Of a DNA stretch of 45,308 nt, positions 25,058 to 35,103 are shown in pieces. The notes beneath the pieces are model-generated. The model had not been told where the DNA came from and searched no databases. It was given only the letters and a program-made list of their open reading frames with translations. Every line of letters starts with the position of its first letter. Position 1 is the stretch's first letter. The stretch lies in contig JAKATI010000004.1 of assembly GCA_021828045.1 (NCBI GenBank), forward strand, positions 1-45,308. Direction: 5' to 3'. Made by a program: the position numbers and the translations under genes. Source of the DNA: Pseudomonadota bacterium. Lineage in GTDB: Bacteria; Pseudomonadota; Gammaproteobacteria; JAKAQQ01.

Positions 25058-26710
25058 TCAGTCCGTATCGAACTGGTCCCACCAATGCCAAGGGGGTGGG
25101 GTCGGCGTTTGGGGGCGCGGCATCATCCGGGCCTGCGAACGGACCCGGTAGAGGATGAGCCCTCCCTGTGCCGGGATCGAAAGGACACGCGTGAAATAAG
25201 CGGGATTGGGTGCCGGTGACAGGGTGACGGATCTGGGCTTCCGGCCGGGGACAGGAAGCGTGTTGCGATACACAATGAGATAACTGCCCGCATGGATCCG
25301 GCCGGACCGGACCTCGGCATACAAGGCACGGGCCGAGCGGACGAAGGGTATCGGAGCCTGACGGAGAGGATAGAGCGCATAAATTGTGGGCGGGGCGGGG
25401 TAGAGGTAGCTCACGAAAGGATCCGGGTGGTGCGCCAGGTAACTCCGCAGGACCGGGAGTCCGCGCATCGTTTCGGGTGTCGGAAGAATGCCGGGGAGAA
25501 CCCAGCCAGGCAGGACGAAAAGAGCGACAAAACCTGCAACGGCAAGAAGAAATACCGAGATTCCATACCCCACCCTGGAAACCAGGCGGGCCCGCTTACC
25601 GAACGCCCAGCCCATGGCACCCACGCTCAGGGTCACGATGGCCGGGGCCGCCGGCAGGATGTACTTGCTCTGCTTCGAGACCGATGCCGAAAAGAAGAGA
25701 ATCGTCCACAGTGTCCAGAGCAGGGCAAGCCGAAAAGCGGGGTCCCCTCTCCGGCGCCAGGCAAGGACGATCCCGAACGGAAGGAGGAAGGCCCATGGGA
25801 AGAAATCCCCCCACAGGCTTTTCAGGTAGAGAAAGGGTCCGTGCTCGTGGTCGAGCCCCGACAGGAAACGGGTGAAGTTCTGGTAGATGAAAAAGGCCCG
25901 GTCGAAGTCCCAGTTCGACTGGAGTCCGGCCATCAGGGCCCAGAGGGCAAGGACCCCCAAGGAGAGGGCGAGTCCGCGGAGCGGGCGCAAGGACCGGATC
26001 CCGTGCCAGAGCCCACGCCATCCTTCCCGGGAAAGGGGCCAGAGCCCCGGCGTGGAGGCCACGAGGTCGAGCCCCATCGCCGGGAGCGTGATGGCAAGCC
26101 CGACTGGGCCCTTGGCTGTGGTGGCAATCGCGAGTCCGCCCCAGAGTTCCCAGGGGAATCGGGTACCGGATCCCTGCCGGTGGCGCAGGTAGCCGGTATA
26201 GGCCATGAGCACGCCGAGCGCCAGGAGACTGTCGGTATGAGCCGTGAAGAAGTTGTACAGGGCGATCGGAAGCGCGGCCAGGGCGAGACGGGGCAGGGTC
26301 GGGCTCACACCAGGAAAGGCACTTCTCACCCAGCGGCCCATCCAGAAGATCCAGAGCAGGTACGCCACCGTTCCCGGTACCCGGATGGCTGCCCGGAGGG
26401 GCAGGCCCACCAGGCGGGCGATGATGGAAAGCCAGTAATAGAGGGGGGGGTACTCGACGTAGGGCAGTCCATTCTTGAAGGGGACCCACCAGCTGCCCCG
26501 GGCGATCATCTCGCGCACAACCTCGGCAAAACGGGGCTCCTCGGCCGGGATCAGCCCATGGGTGAACATGGCGATTCCGTAAACCAGGGCCAAGAATACG
26601 AACAACCCGATGGCAAGTCGCCGGTCGGCGCGGGGTTCGAGCTCGGGGCCGAGCACAGGGGGAGAGGGATCGTTCCGGAACAAGGGTCTCGCCGATACAC
26701 AATGGCTCAA
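25058..26710 (-). CDS. ArnT/PMT-family (GT-C) glycosyltransferase
   Basis: EEPRFAEVVREM, W.VPFKNG.PY.EYPPLYYW, AKGPVG, SKQSKYILPA; multiple TM helices. Confidence 0.88.
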   Translation of the reverse strand: MSHCVSARPLFRNDPSPPVLGPELEPRADRRLAIGLFVFLALVYGIAMFTHGLIPAEEPRFAEVVREMIARGSWWVPFKNGLPYVEYPPLYYWLSIIARLVGLPLRAAIRVPGTVAYLLWIFWMGRWVRSAFPGVSPTLPRLALAALPIALYNFFTAHTDSLLALGVLMAYTGYLRHRQGSGTRFPWELWGGLAIATTAKGPVGLAITLPAMGLDLVASTPGLWPLSREGWRGLWHGIRSLRPLRGLALSLGVLALWALMAGLQSNWDFDRAFFIYQNFTRFLSGLDHEHGPFLYLKSLWGDFFPWAFLLPFGIVLAWRRRGDPAFRLALLWTLWTILFFSASVSKQSKYILPAAPAIVTLSVGAMGWAFGKRARLVSRVGYGISVFLLAVAGFVALFVLPGWVLPGILPTPETMRGLPVLRSYLAHHPDPFVSYLYPAPPTIYALYPLRQAPIPFVRSARALYAEVRSGRIHAGSYLIVYRNTLPVPGRKPRSVTLSPAPNPAYFTRVLSIPAQGGLILYRVRSQARMMPRPQTPTPPPWHWWDQFDTD

Positions 26711-26777
26711 GGACCGGGGAATTTTACCGGAGGACGGGATTCGGCGATACGATGCTATAGTCCGGTGAGAGGCTGCC

Positions 26778-27635
26778 GTGAACTACGACCATCGCTTCCA
26801 CGCCGGGAACTTCGCTGACGTCCACAAGCATCTCGTTCTGATCGCCCTGCTTGAACGTCTGTCGGAAAAACCCACTCCCTGGTTCTACCTCGACACACAT
26901 GCCGGTTCCGGGCTTTACGATCTGGACCGTCTCCCGCAGGATCCCCCGCCGGAGTTTCGCCGCGGCTTCGAGATCCTCTGGCAGAACTCCCCTGCCGATC
27001 CCCTGCTCGCGAGATACCGTGCACTCGTGGCCCAGGACAACCCCTCCGGCACCCTCCGCTGGTATCCCGGTTCGCCCCTGCTCGCACACCGGCTGGCCCG
27101 CTCCAATGACCGGCTCGCTTTCGTGGAAGCCGTGCCCCAACGCCAGGCCGAACTCAAGCGTCATCTCGGTCGGCGGCCTGGTGTGCACTGCCGGGACGGT
27201 TTTGAGGCTCTGCTTGCGCTCACGCCACCTCCGGAAGGTCGTGGGCTCGTCTTCCTCGATCCACCCTACGAGCAGGTCTCCGAAGCGGACCGGCTTGTGG
27301 AGACCCTGTCCCGGGCCTGCACACGGTTCCCACAAGGCATCTTTCTCGCCTGGTATCCCTGGGTGGACACGGACTGGACGAATGGCCTCAAACGGCGCCT
27401 CGACCGGATTCCCCGGATCTCCTTCCTGGACTGGTGGCGCCCCCGGGGAAACGGCCTCTGGGGCAGCGGGCTTGCCCTCGTGAATGTTCCCTACGGCATC
27501 CCCGAGCGGCTCGAACGGCTCGCACCGGAACTCTCGTCCCTCTTCCGGGACCCGCCGGGATCCACCGGATGGCGGACCACATGGACTTCCGGAGACGGCC
27601 GGGAACTGCCAGGCCGACCCCGCCTCCGGGGCTGA
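26778..27635 (+). CDS. rlmJ: 23S rRNA m6A2030 methyltransferase
   Basis: NYDHRFHAGNFADVHKH, YLDTHAGSGLY, YPGSP, DPPYE. Confidence 0.93.
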   Translation: MNYDHRFHAGNFADVHKHLVLIALLERLSEKPTPWFYLDTHAGSGLYDLDRLPQDPPPEFRRGFEILWQNSPADPLLARYRALVAQDNPSGTLRWYPGSPLLAHRLARSNDRLAFVEAVPQRQAELKRHLGRRPGVHCRDGFEALLALTPPPEGRGLVFLDPPYEQVSEADRLVETLSRACTRFPQGIFLAWYPWVDTDWTNGLKRRLDRIPRISFLDWWRPRGNGLWGSGLALVNVPYGIPERLERLAPELSSLFRDPPGSTGWRTTWTSGDGRELPGRPRLRG

Positions 27636-27642
27636 CCCGGAT

Positions 27643-28035
27643 ATGAACGCGGTCATGGCCGGGAATCTCGCCACTGCCATCCTCGCGATCCATTTGGTGA
27701 TCATTGCCTACAACGTGGCCGGACTGATCGTGATCCCTTGGGGGGGAATCCGGGGCTGGTCCTTCGTCCACAATTTCTGGCTTCGTCTGGTCCATCTCGT
27801 CGCCCTCTCCATCGTCGCGCTCCAGGCCCTCCTCGGCCGAGCCTGCTTTCTCACCCTCTGGCAGGCCCAGCTCAGCGCTCGCGCTGCCGGGAGAGCCCCG
27901 GCCCCACTGATCGCACACTGGATCGACGGGCTCGTGTTCTGGCCTATCCCACTCTGGGTTTTTACCCTGATCTACGTCGCGGTCTGGATTTACGTGGTCG
28001 CGCTCTGGTGGATTTTCCCTCCGCGTCATCCCTGA
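27643..28035 (+). CDS. DUF2784-like small membrane protein
   Basis: HLVIIAY, LRLVHL, ACFLTLW; three TM helices. Confidence 0.7.
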   Translation: MNAVMAGNLATAILAIHLVIIAYNVAGLIVIPWGGIRGWSFVHNFWLRLVHLVALSIVALQALLGRACFLTLWQAQLSARAAGRAPAPLIAHWIDGLVFWPIPLWVFTLIYVAVWIYVVALWWIFPPRHP

Positions 28036-30337
28036 ATCCCCTTCCCCCGTCCGATTCCTCGGGACGCGACGTATCCTCTGCAAGAAGGTCACGAATGGCT
28101 ATCCGGATCTCCTCTTCGGTGAGTAAAACTGCATCGGCCGCCGGACCGAGTGGAATGTAGCAATCCTCGGACACGAGCCGCCGGAAGGGAAGCTGGTGGG
28201 CACGTTCCCCCAAGAGCGTCACAATTTCCTCGGAGACGCTCCCGGTCCGGCGCCCCTCGTCAACAACCAGGACCCGGCGTGCCTGTCCGAAAGCAGCGAC
28301 GAGGGCCTCGTGGTTGAGTGGCTTGAGCCAGCGCAGGTCAAGAACCCCGACCCGTTTTTGGGTTCCAGTGGCTTTCACGGCCCTCAAGCTCAAATAAACG
28401 CCGTTACCATAGGTCACGACGAGGAGATCGAGATCTTCCCGGGGCCCATACCAGCGGGGCTCGCCGAAAGGTACGGCCGATCCCCCTTCCGGGTAGGGAG
28501 CAAGCCAGAGACGGTCCCCGGTCACGTGAAGGTCCTTGGTCATGTAGAGGGCGATGGGTTCGAGGTATACCACGATGCGCCCATCGACCCGGGCAAGGGC
28601 AAGGGCGGTCCGGAGCAGCCCGACAGCATCATCGGCCCGGGCCGGGCAGACCACGACAAGCCCCGGGATATCGCGGAAAATACTCCAGCTGTTGTCGTTG
28701 TGGAAATGCCCTCCGAATCCCTTCTGGTAGGCCAGCCCGGGAATGCGGACCACGAAGCCGTTGCGGTACTGGTCGGCGGAGAAAAACTGGAGGGAGCAGG
28801 CCTCTCCCCGGATCTGGTCTTCGGCATTGTGAAAATAGGCCAGGTACTGGATTTCAGCAACCGGCAGGAGCCCCAGGAACGCCCCACCCTGGGCCAGGCC
28901 CAGGATGGTCTGCTCATCCAGGAGCGTGTTGAACACGCGACGTCCCCCGAAGCGGCGGTGGAGTCCCGAGGTGACGGTATAGACGCCCCCCTTCTGGGCC
29001 ACGTCCTCCCCGAAAAGGACCAGTCCGGGATAGCGGTCGAGGGATTCGGCGAGCGCACGGTTGATTGCGATCGAGAGATGGAGACGCTCCTCCGCACGGG
29101 TCGATCCTTCGTCCCCCGCCCCTGGCTGCACCCTCCCCGCCTCGGCGGCGACGGCCGCAGGTGAGAGTGGTGCAAGCGGTTTCATCACCTCCTGTGTGCC
29201 CGAAAGCCGCGGGGACCGGATGGCGCGTTCCGCCGCCTGTTCCACCCGGGCCTGGGCCGTCTCGTAGGCCGCGAGGAGCTCTGCCCCCGAGGCCAGGCCC
29301 CGCCCGTGGAGCAGGCAGGCCGTTGCGAGGACGGGATCGCGCGCCTCATCCGCCTCGATCTCCCCGATCGGGCGATATTCGGTCTCGGCATCGGTTCCCG
29401 CATGGCCGAGCAGACGGACCACGCGGAGATGGAAGAAGACAGGCGCCTGCCTTGTGCGGCAAAACTCGAGCGCTTCCCGAGCCTTCCGCCAGACCTCGAA
29501 GAGATCGCTGCCATCTGCCGAGTAGTAACGGAGCCCGGAGCGGCCCCGGTAGTTGGATTCGATCCAGCCGGAGGGGGTACGGACCGAGATCCCAAGCCCG
29601 TTGTCTTCGCACAGACAGAACAATGGGCAGGCCAGTCCCTGCCAGGCGGTTTGGGCAGCCGCGTTGAGCGCGCCGAGCGCCGTGGAATGGTTGGCGCTCG
29701 CATCACCGAAGCTCACGAAGACGAGGCCGTCCCGCGGCCATTTTCGGGGCTCCAGTCGACGCGCTGACTCCAGAAGTGCCGCCGCACCGAATGCCTTGGG
29801 CAAATGACTCGCAATCGTGCTGGTCTGTGGTGGAACCAAAAGATCGGGGTGCCCGAACACCTTGTGCCGTCCCTGGGCGATCGGATCATCCCGGCTGGCC
29901 ACAAGCGAGAGCGCGATGGCGTGAACCAGGTCGAGACCGGGCTGATGCCGGGCCCGCTCCAGCATGAAGGCACCACTCCGGTAATGCAGGAAAGCAGGAT
30001 CGGTGAGCCGAAGCAGTCGCCCCCAGACCGCATTGGCCTCGTGCCCGCTGCTGCCGATCGTGTAAAAACCCTGGCCCCGTGCCCGCAGCAGGCGGGCCAC
30101 AAGATCAAGGTGGCGGGAGAGGAGCTGGGATTCAAAAAGCTCCCAGAGATCATGGACGGAAAGCCCTCCCGTCTCCTCGAGCACTGCCCCCGATTCCCGC
30201 GCCGGGGGAGGGACTGTCGTCTCACCCAGGGCGGACAGGGCCGCCCGGGTCTTGGCATCAAGGATCTCGGCCCGATGGATGCTGCGCTGGGCTTGGCGGG
30301 CGAGGCGTGGACCCTGTGTTTTTGATTCAGAAGGCAT
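27962..30337 (-). CDS. Fused E1 alpha/beta ThDP-dependent 2-oxoacid dehydrogenase
   Basis: YTIGSSGHE, FGDASAN ThDP motif, RLLGHAG, FGEDVAQKGGVY, FNTLLDE, AEIQYLAY, DLRWLKPL. Confidence 0.9.
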   Translation of the reverse strand: MPSESKTQGPRLARQAQRSIHRAEILDAKTRAALSALGETTVPPPARESGAVLEETGGLSVHDLWELFESQLLSRHLDLVARLLRARGQGFYTIGSSGHEANAVWGRLLRLTDPAFLHYRSGAFMLERARHQPGLDLVHAIALSLVASRDDPIAQGRHKVFGHPDLLVPPQTSTIASHLPKAFGAAALLESARRLEPRKWPRDGLVFVSFGDASANHSTALGALNAAAQTAWQGLACPLFCLCEDNGLGISVRTPSGWIESNYRGRSGLRYYSADGSDLFEVWRKAREALEFCRTRQAPVFFHLRVVRLLGHAGTDAETEYRPIGEIEADEARDPVLATACLLHGRGLASGAELLAAYETAQARVEQAAERAIRSPRLSGTQEVMKPLAPLSPAAVAAEAGRVQPGAGDEGSTRAEERLHLSIAINRALAESLDRYPGLVLFGEDVAQKGGVYTVTSGLHRRFGGRRVFNTLLDEQTILGLAQGGAFLGLLPVAEIQYLAYFHNAEDQIRGEACSLQFFSADQYRNGFVVRIPGLAYQKGFGGHFHNDNSWSIFRDIPGLVVVCPARADDAVGLLRTALALARVDGRIVVYLEPIALYMTKDLHVTGDRLWLAPYPEGGSAVPFGEPRWYGPREDLDLLVVTYGNGVYLSLRAVKATGTQKRVGVLDLRWLKPLNHEALVAAFGQARRVLVVDEGRRTGSVSEEIVTLLGERAHQLPFRRLVSEDCYIPLGPAADAVLLTEEEIRIAIRDLLAEDTSRPEESDGGRGFRDDAEGKSTRARPRKSRPRRRSG

Positions 30338-31481
30338 CGAATCCCGTTACCGCCTTGCCCACGACCAGTTCGTGGATGGTCTCGGTCCCCTCGTAGGTCG
30401 CAACACTTTCGAGGTTGAGGGCATGACGAAGCGGGGGAAACTCCGTTGTGATCCCGGCCCCGCCCAGTAGATCCCGTGCCTCACGGGCGATCTCGAGCGC
30501 CATTCGGACGTTGTTCCACTTGGCAAGTGAGACCTGCGCCGGATCGAGTGTCCCCTGATCCTTGAGTTGGCCCAGCCGGAAAGCCAGGAGCCGGGCCAGG
30601 GTGAGCGCGCGAACCATCGCCGCAATCCGCCGCTGGACTGTCTGTGTGGCGGCCAGGGGCCGTCCAAAGAGTTCACGGGTCCGGGTGTAATCGAGAACCG
30701 TGGACAGGCAGGAACGGGCTGCACCGAGCGCACCCCAGGCGATCCCGTAACGGGCTTGGGTCAGACAGGACAGGGGGGCCTTGAGGCCTTGGGCTCCCGC
30801 CAGCCGGTTTTGCTCTGGGACAGTCACGTTTTCGAAAAACAGAGCAGCAGTATCGGAAGCGCGGAGGGAAAGCTTGTGATGGATGGCCTGCGCGTGGAAT
30901 CCCGGCATGCCCTTTTCCACGAGGAAACCCCGGATACCCTGGTCCGTCTGCGCCCAGACCACGGCAAGGTCAGCCAACGTGCCGTTCGTGATCCACATCT
31001 TCGAGCCCGAGAGAATCCAGTTCCCGCCTTCCAGCCGGGCCCGGGTCTGGAGCGCGGCGGGATCCGACCCCCCGTGTGCCTCGGTCAGGCCAAAGCATCC
31101 AATGGCCTCGGCGCGGGCCAGTTTCGGCAACCAGCGGGCTTTCTGCTCTTCCGTCCCATAGGTCGCAATCGGGTACATGACGAGGCTCGACTGGACCGAG
31201 ACAAAACTCCGCAATCCGCTGTCCCCCCGCTCCAGCTCCTCGCAAATCACGCCATAGGCCAAGGCACCGAGCCCGGGGCAACCGTAGCCGTGGACGGAAC
31301 TTCCGAGAATGCCGAGCGACCCGATCTCGGGAATGAGTTCCATCGGGAAAAAGCCTTCCTCGAAGGCCCGGGGCAGGAGCGGCAGTGCCCGTTCATCAAC
31401 GAAGCGCGCCACGGTGGACTGCACGAGACGATCCTCCTCCGTGAGTTCCGAACCGATCCCGAAAAAATCTTCCGGAGACAT
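30327..31481 (-). CDS. gcdH: Acyl-CoA dehydrogenase, glutaryl-CoA dehydrogenase-like
   Basis: ELERGDSGLRSFVSVQSSL, GCFGLTE..GGSDP, ARYGIAWG, NLESVATYEGT. Confidence 0.82.
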   Translation of the reverse strand: MSPEDFFGIGSELTEEDRLVQSTVARFVDERALPLLPRAFEEGFFPMELIPEIGSLGILGSSVHGYGCPGLGALAYGVICEELERGDSGLRSFVSVQSSLVMYPIATYGTEEQKARWLPKLARAEAIGCFGLTEAHGGSDPAALQTRARLEGGNWILSGSKMWITNGTLADLAVVWAQTDQGIRGFLVEKGMPGFHAQAIHHKLSLRASDTAALFFENVTVPEQNRLAGAQGLKAPLSCLTQARYGIAWGALGAARSCLSTVLDYTRTRELFGRPLAATQTVQRRIAAMVRALTLARLLAFRLGQLKDQGTLDPAQVSLAKWNNVRMALEIAREARDLLGGAGITTEFPPLRHALNLESVATYEGTETIHELVVGKAVTGFDAF

Positions 31482-31568
31482 GCCAGTTTCCCCCCTTTTG
31501 GGCCCTCATGATACCGGAAACACACCTCCCCGGATCCGGATTCGGAGTTGTGCTAGGCTCCAAGGCCC

Positions 31569-32396
31569 ATGCATACCACCGATCTTGCGGTCGCCCTTTA
31601 TCCGGATGTCCTGCGCCTGGCCTTTGCCGCAGGAGACGAGATCATGGGGGTTTACCGCAACGACTTCTCGATCGAAAGAAAGGGCGACCAGAGCCCGCTC
31701 ACCGCGGCTGACCTCAAGGCTCATGCCGTTCTCGTCGCAGGACTCGGCAAACTCAAACCCGCACTCCCGATCCTGTCCGAGGAGGGCACCGAACCCCCTT
31801 GGACAGAACGGCAAAGCTGGGAGCGGTACTGGCTGATCGATCCGCTGGACGGGACACGCGAGTTCGTCAAACGGAACGGCGAGTTCACGGTCAATATCGC
31901 ACTCATCGACCAAGGTGAACCGGTTCTCGGCGTGATGCATGCCCCCGCACTCGGCGAGAGTTATTTCGGAATCGCGGGGGTCGGGGCTTTTGCCTCCCGC
32001 AGTCACAATCCCTGGCACCGGCTTCGCGGTCGGCGTCCCGCCGCTCACCCACTCCGGGTACTGGCAAGCCGTTCACACAGTGATGCCCGGTTGGAAAACT
32101 TTCTCTCGCGCCTCGGCCCTCATGAACGGCTCGGCCTCGGCAGTTCACTCAAGTTCGCGCGCATTGCAGCTGGTGCGGCCGACCTCTACATCCGGCTGGG
32201 GCCAACCTGCGAGTGGGATACTGCAGCGGGGCACTGTCTTCTGGCCGCCACAGGCGGACAAGTGACGACGCTTGCGCGCGAGCCCCTGACCTATAACCGG
32301 AAGCCCTCGCTCAAGAATCCCTTCTTCGTCGCCTTTGCGGATCCAGCGGCCATCCCCGAGCCACTCGAGGATCCCGTGGCCGGCGGGGCCCGTTAG
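31569..32396 (+). CDS. cysQ: 3'(2'),5'-bisphosphate nucleotidase
   Basis: KGDQSPLTAAD, LSEE, WLIDPLDGTREF, GSSLK, EWDTAAG. Confidence 0.95.
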   Translation: MHTTDLAVALYPDVLRLAFAAGDEIMGVYRNDFSIERKGDQSPLTAADLKAHAVLVAGLGKLKPALPILSEEGTEPPWTERQSWERYWLIDPLDGTREFVKRNGEFTVNIALIDQGEPVLGVMHAPALGESYFGIAGVGAFASRSHNPWHRLRGRRPAAHPLRVLASRSHSDARLENFLSRLGPHERLGLGSSLKFARIAAGAADLYIRLGPTCEWDTAAGHCLLAATGGQVTTLAREPLTYNRKPSLKNPFFVAFADPAAIPEPLEDPVAGGAR

Positions 32397-32974
32397 CGAC
32401 CCAGCATCCGGTGCTTGAGATCATGGGTCGGCGGACGCGGTCCGAGCCAGATCCGGAGCAGCGCTTCATGGAATCGCTTTCCGGGGAAATGCCCGATGGG
32501 GCGTCCGTTGACGGAGACTACCGTTCCCGATCCCGGGACATAATCGAGAAAAACACGATCGTGATCGTGCAGCGGCTTCCAGACCGCGATGAAGGAAGCA
32601 ATCTCATGAGCCAGTCGAGACTGGACGGAGCTTGAGTTGTTGCGCCGGAACCCCTTCCGCCAAGCCGACCGGAGCTCACTGCGGCTCACCCCCCGGAGGA
32701 AATACATGGCGATGCGGTCGGGGCCCTTCTCGGCAAGCGCGTGGCTTGCCTGGTGGGTGGGATGCTCAAGGTACAGCGCTCCCACATAGACCCCGAAACT
32801 GAAGATCAGGGTATAGTTCCGGACCCCGGCACCGTTCAACCCGAGCTTGACTCCATGGAGCGTGACCGTCTCGGGCACACGGACGGAATGGATCCGGAGA
32901 GCCTCTGCTTGCGGGCCCCAAGCCCAGAGCAGGAGGCCCGCCGTCGCAAAAGCCAAGATGTGTCGTCTGGTCAT
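32393..32974 (-). CDS. Chalcone-isomerase-like exported protein
   Basis: Signal peptide; LNGAGVR, VYVGALY, LLRIWLG..P. Confidence 0.85.
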   Translation of the reverse strand: MTRRHILAFATAGLLLWAWGPQAEALRIHSVRVPETVTLHGVKLGLNGAGVRNYTLIFSFGVYVGALYLEHPTHQASHALAEKGPDRIAMYFLRGVSRSELRSAWRKGFRRNNSSSVQSRLAHEIASFIAVWKPLHDHDRVFLDYVPGSGTVVSVNGRPIGHFPGKRFHEALLRIWLGPRPPTHDLKHRMLGR

Positions 32975-33057
32975 CGTACCCTCCGAAAATCTGTGTCCGG
33001 TTCATGATATCGGCCAAGGTCATTCTAGCGCAGCCGCTGCGGATCCTGCCTCCCTCC

Positions 33058-33420
33058 TCAATCGTCCTCGACCCGCGCCCCGGCTGTGCTGGTCTCCCCG
33101 ACATCCACCCGGTAGAGTTCCGGCAAATCGGGCTTTAGGCGGAGGTAGACAAAACGGGCGAGATGCTCGGAGGTCGGGTTTTCAAGGCCTGGAATCTCGT
33201 TCAGTGTGTGATGGTCAAGGAGGATGCGGAGCGGCTCGAAATGCTCCCGTACCCGCCCGAAATCCAGGATCCAGCCGGTTTGGGGGTCGACCTCGCCCCG
33301 GAGATGGAGCGTGACCGTGAAGGAATGCCCATGCATCCGCGCACAGGGATGCCCTTCCGGAACGGCCGGCAGGTAGTGGGCACACTCCAGCCGGAAAATC
33401 TTGTAGATCGAGGTTTTCAT
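33058..33420 (-). CDS. queD: 6-carboxytetrahydropterin synthase
   Basis: AHYLP, CARMHGHSF, LDHHTLNEIPGLENPTSE. Confidence 0.95.
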   Translation of the reverse strand: MKTSIYKIFRLECAHYLPAVPEGHPCARMHGHSFTVTLHLRGEVDPQTGWILDFGRVREHFEPLRILLDHHTLNEIPGLENPTSEHLARFVYLRLKPDLPELYRVDVGETSTAGARVEDD

Positions 33421-34289
33421 CGGTTGCCGGTTCCGGTTTCGGCCAGCTCCGCGCTCGTTGGGGCCGACAGAGAGGCTCCAAGCCCGGCAAAGTCCCAGAG
33501 GTTCCGGTCGAGGAGATGGGAGGGCACGATCCGCCCGAGGGCAGTCCCGATCGAGGCCACACGCTCCGGATGCTCCCGTCTCCAGCTGGCGAGGAGTTGC
33601 TTGAGCGCCTGTCGCTCGAGCCGGTCCTGGCTGCCGCAGACCTTGCAGGGAACGATGGGGAACCGTCTTGCGCGGGCGTAACGGGCAATCTCCGACTCGG
33701 TGCAGTACGCGAGCGGACGGATCACGAGCGTCTGGCCGTCATCGGACAGAAGCTTGGGCGGCATGGCGGCCAGCCGTCCCCCATGAAAGAGGTTCAACAG
33801 GAAAGTTTCGAGGATATCGTCCTGGTGGTGCCCGAGTGCCAGGACGTTATAACCCTCCTCGCGCGCCCAGCGGTAGAGCGCACCCCGCCTGAGGCGCGAG
33901 CACAGGCCACAGCGGTTCCGTCCTTCCGGAATCACGCGGGCCACGACCCCGTAAGTGTCCTGGGCAATGATGTCATGGGGGATGGACTCCTCCTCGAGGT
34001 AGCGACGGATGATGTCGGTCGGGAACCCGGGCTGTCTCTGGTCCAAGTGGACGGCCCTGAGCACGAAATCCAGCGGCGCACGGCGCTGGAGCTGGCGGAG
34101 GAGAGTGAGCAGTGTGTAGGAATCCTTGCCTCCCGAGACTGCGACCAGGACCCGGTCGCCCGCCCGGATCATCGCGTAGTCGGCAATGGCCTGCCCGACC
34201 TGGCGGCGCAGCCGGTTTTCCAGGCGGAGGAAGGTGGTCGACTGCCCCACGGTAGCCCGGGTTGGTGGTGAGGGAGTCTCAGAAGCCAT
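33417..34289 (-). CDS. ttcA: tRNA 2-thiocytidine(32) synthetase
   Basis: PP-loop SGGKDSY, CGLCSRLRRG, GHHQDD, PCKVCGSQ. Confidence 0.95.
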   Translation of the reverse strand: MASETPSPPTRATVGQSTTFLRLENRLRRQVGQAIADYAMIRAGDRVLVAVSGGKDSYTLLTLLRQLQRRAPLDFVLRAVHLDQRQPGFPTDIIRRYLEEESIPHDIIAQDTYGVVARVIPEGRNRCGLCSRLRRGALYRWAREEGYNVLALGHHQDDILETFLLNLFHGGRLAAMPPKLLSDDGQTLVIRPLAYCTESEIARYARARRFPIVPCKVCGSQDRLERQALKQLLASWRREHPERVASIGTALGRIVPSHLLDRNLWDFAGLGASLSAPTSAELAETGTGNR

Positions 34290-34965
34290 ACCGGAACGTC
34301 AAGAGGTAGCTGTGCCACCGCCCACCCTCACCCAAGAGCGTCACGCTGCCACCGACAGCCGGATAGAGGGTCACGCTGGCGTATGGTCCGCTTTCATTTT
34401 CGAACAGGGCCACCGATTCCGGCTGTGATGCCGGTATGGGCTCATGGCCGGTGGCGCGGCGGTAGAAAACCCCGGCGCCAATGCCCACGATCCCGATCTG
34501 GAGGTCGGCACCGGCTCGCGCGTGGAAACCGTACCAGTTGATGTGATCCACACCGATTTTCGTGGTCGTCGAACTCCGGTGATAGGTTTCACTGGCATAG
34601 GCCCGGAACCCGATCAGGGGAATCCAGTTGTAGCGGAAGCCGGCGTCCAGCCCGATGTACTCCCCCCCGATATTGGCCCCGCTCACAACCGGATTGGGAT
34701 CCTGGGTCACACTGAGATAGCCGCCCCGCAACCCCAGGTTGAAGAGGGAAGGGACCAGCCATTGACGGAAGGTCAGTCCGGTTTCGATGTAATGGGTGGC
34801 GTAGTGGTTCCCTCCGACATCGAAGACCGCATGGCTGTCTTGGAAATCGAGTCCCGCCCCGATCGGCTGCGCAGAGGCGCAGGGGAGAAAGCCCCCAAGC
34901 CCCATACCAACTATCACGAACAACAATACGCCTGGACGCACGACCTTCCTCCGCCCGGTTTCCAT
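34279..34965 (-). CDS. Putative outer-membrane beta-barrel protein
   Basis: Signal peptide, alternating amphipathic strands, C-terminal FRYGF. Confidence 0.72.
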   Translation of the reverse strand: METGRRKVVRPGVLLFVIVGMGLGGFLPCASAQPIGAGLDFQDSHAVFDVGGNHYATHYIETGLTFRQWLVPSLFNLGLRGGYLSVTQDPNPVVSGANIGGEYIGLDAGFRYNWIPLIGFRAYASETYHRSSTTTKIGVDHINWYGFHARAGADLQIGIVGIGAGVFYRRATGHEPIPASQPESVALFENESGPYASVTLYPAVGGSVTLLGEGGRWHSYLLTFRYGF

Positions 34966-34978
34966 GGTACAACGGAGG

Positions 34979-35015
34979 CGGGATTCTTGACGCAGAATCC
35001 CGAGTCGAATACCAT
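34979..35015 (+). promoter_or_regulatory. Sigma70 promoter with overlapping inverted repeat
   Basis: TTGACG-17 bp-TACCAT; CGGGATTCT-N6-AGAATCCCG straddles the -35. Confidence 0.6.
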
Positions 35016-35103
35016 TGCCGCGGGAAAAACAGGGCCAAAAGCTTTGGAAACCGGCCCTCCTCCCGAGAACATCTCCATAACCTTCCCTTGAGGAACCGTA
35101 AAC

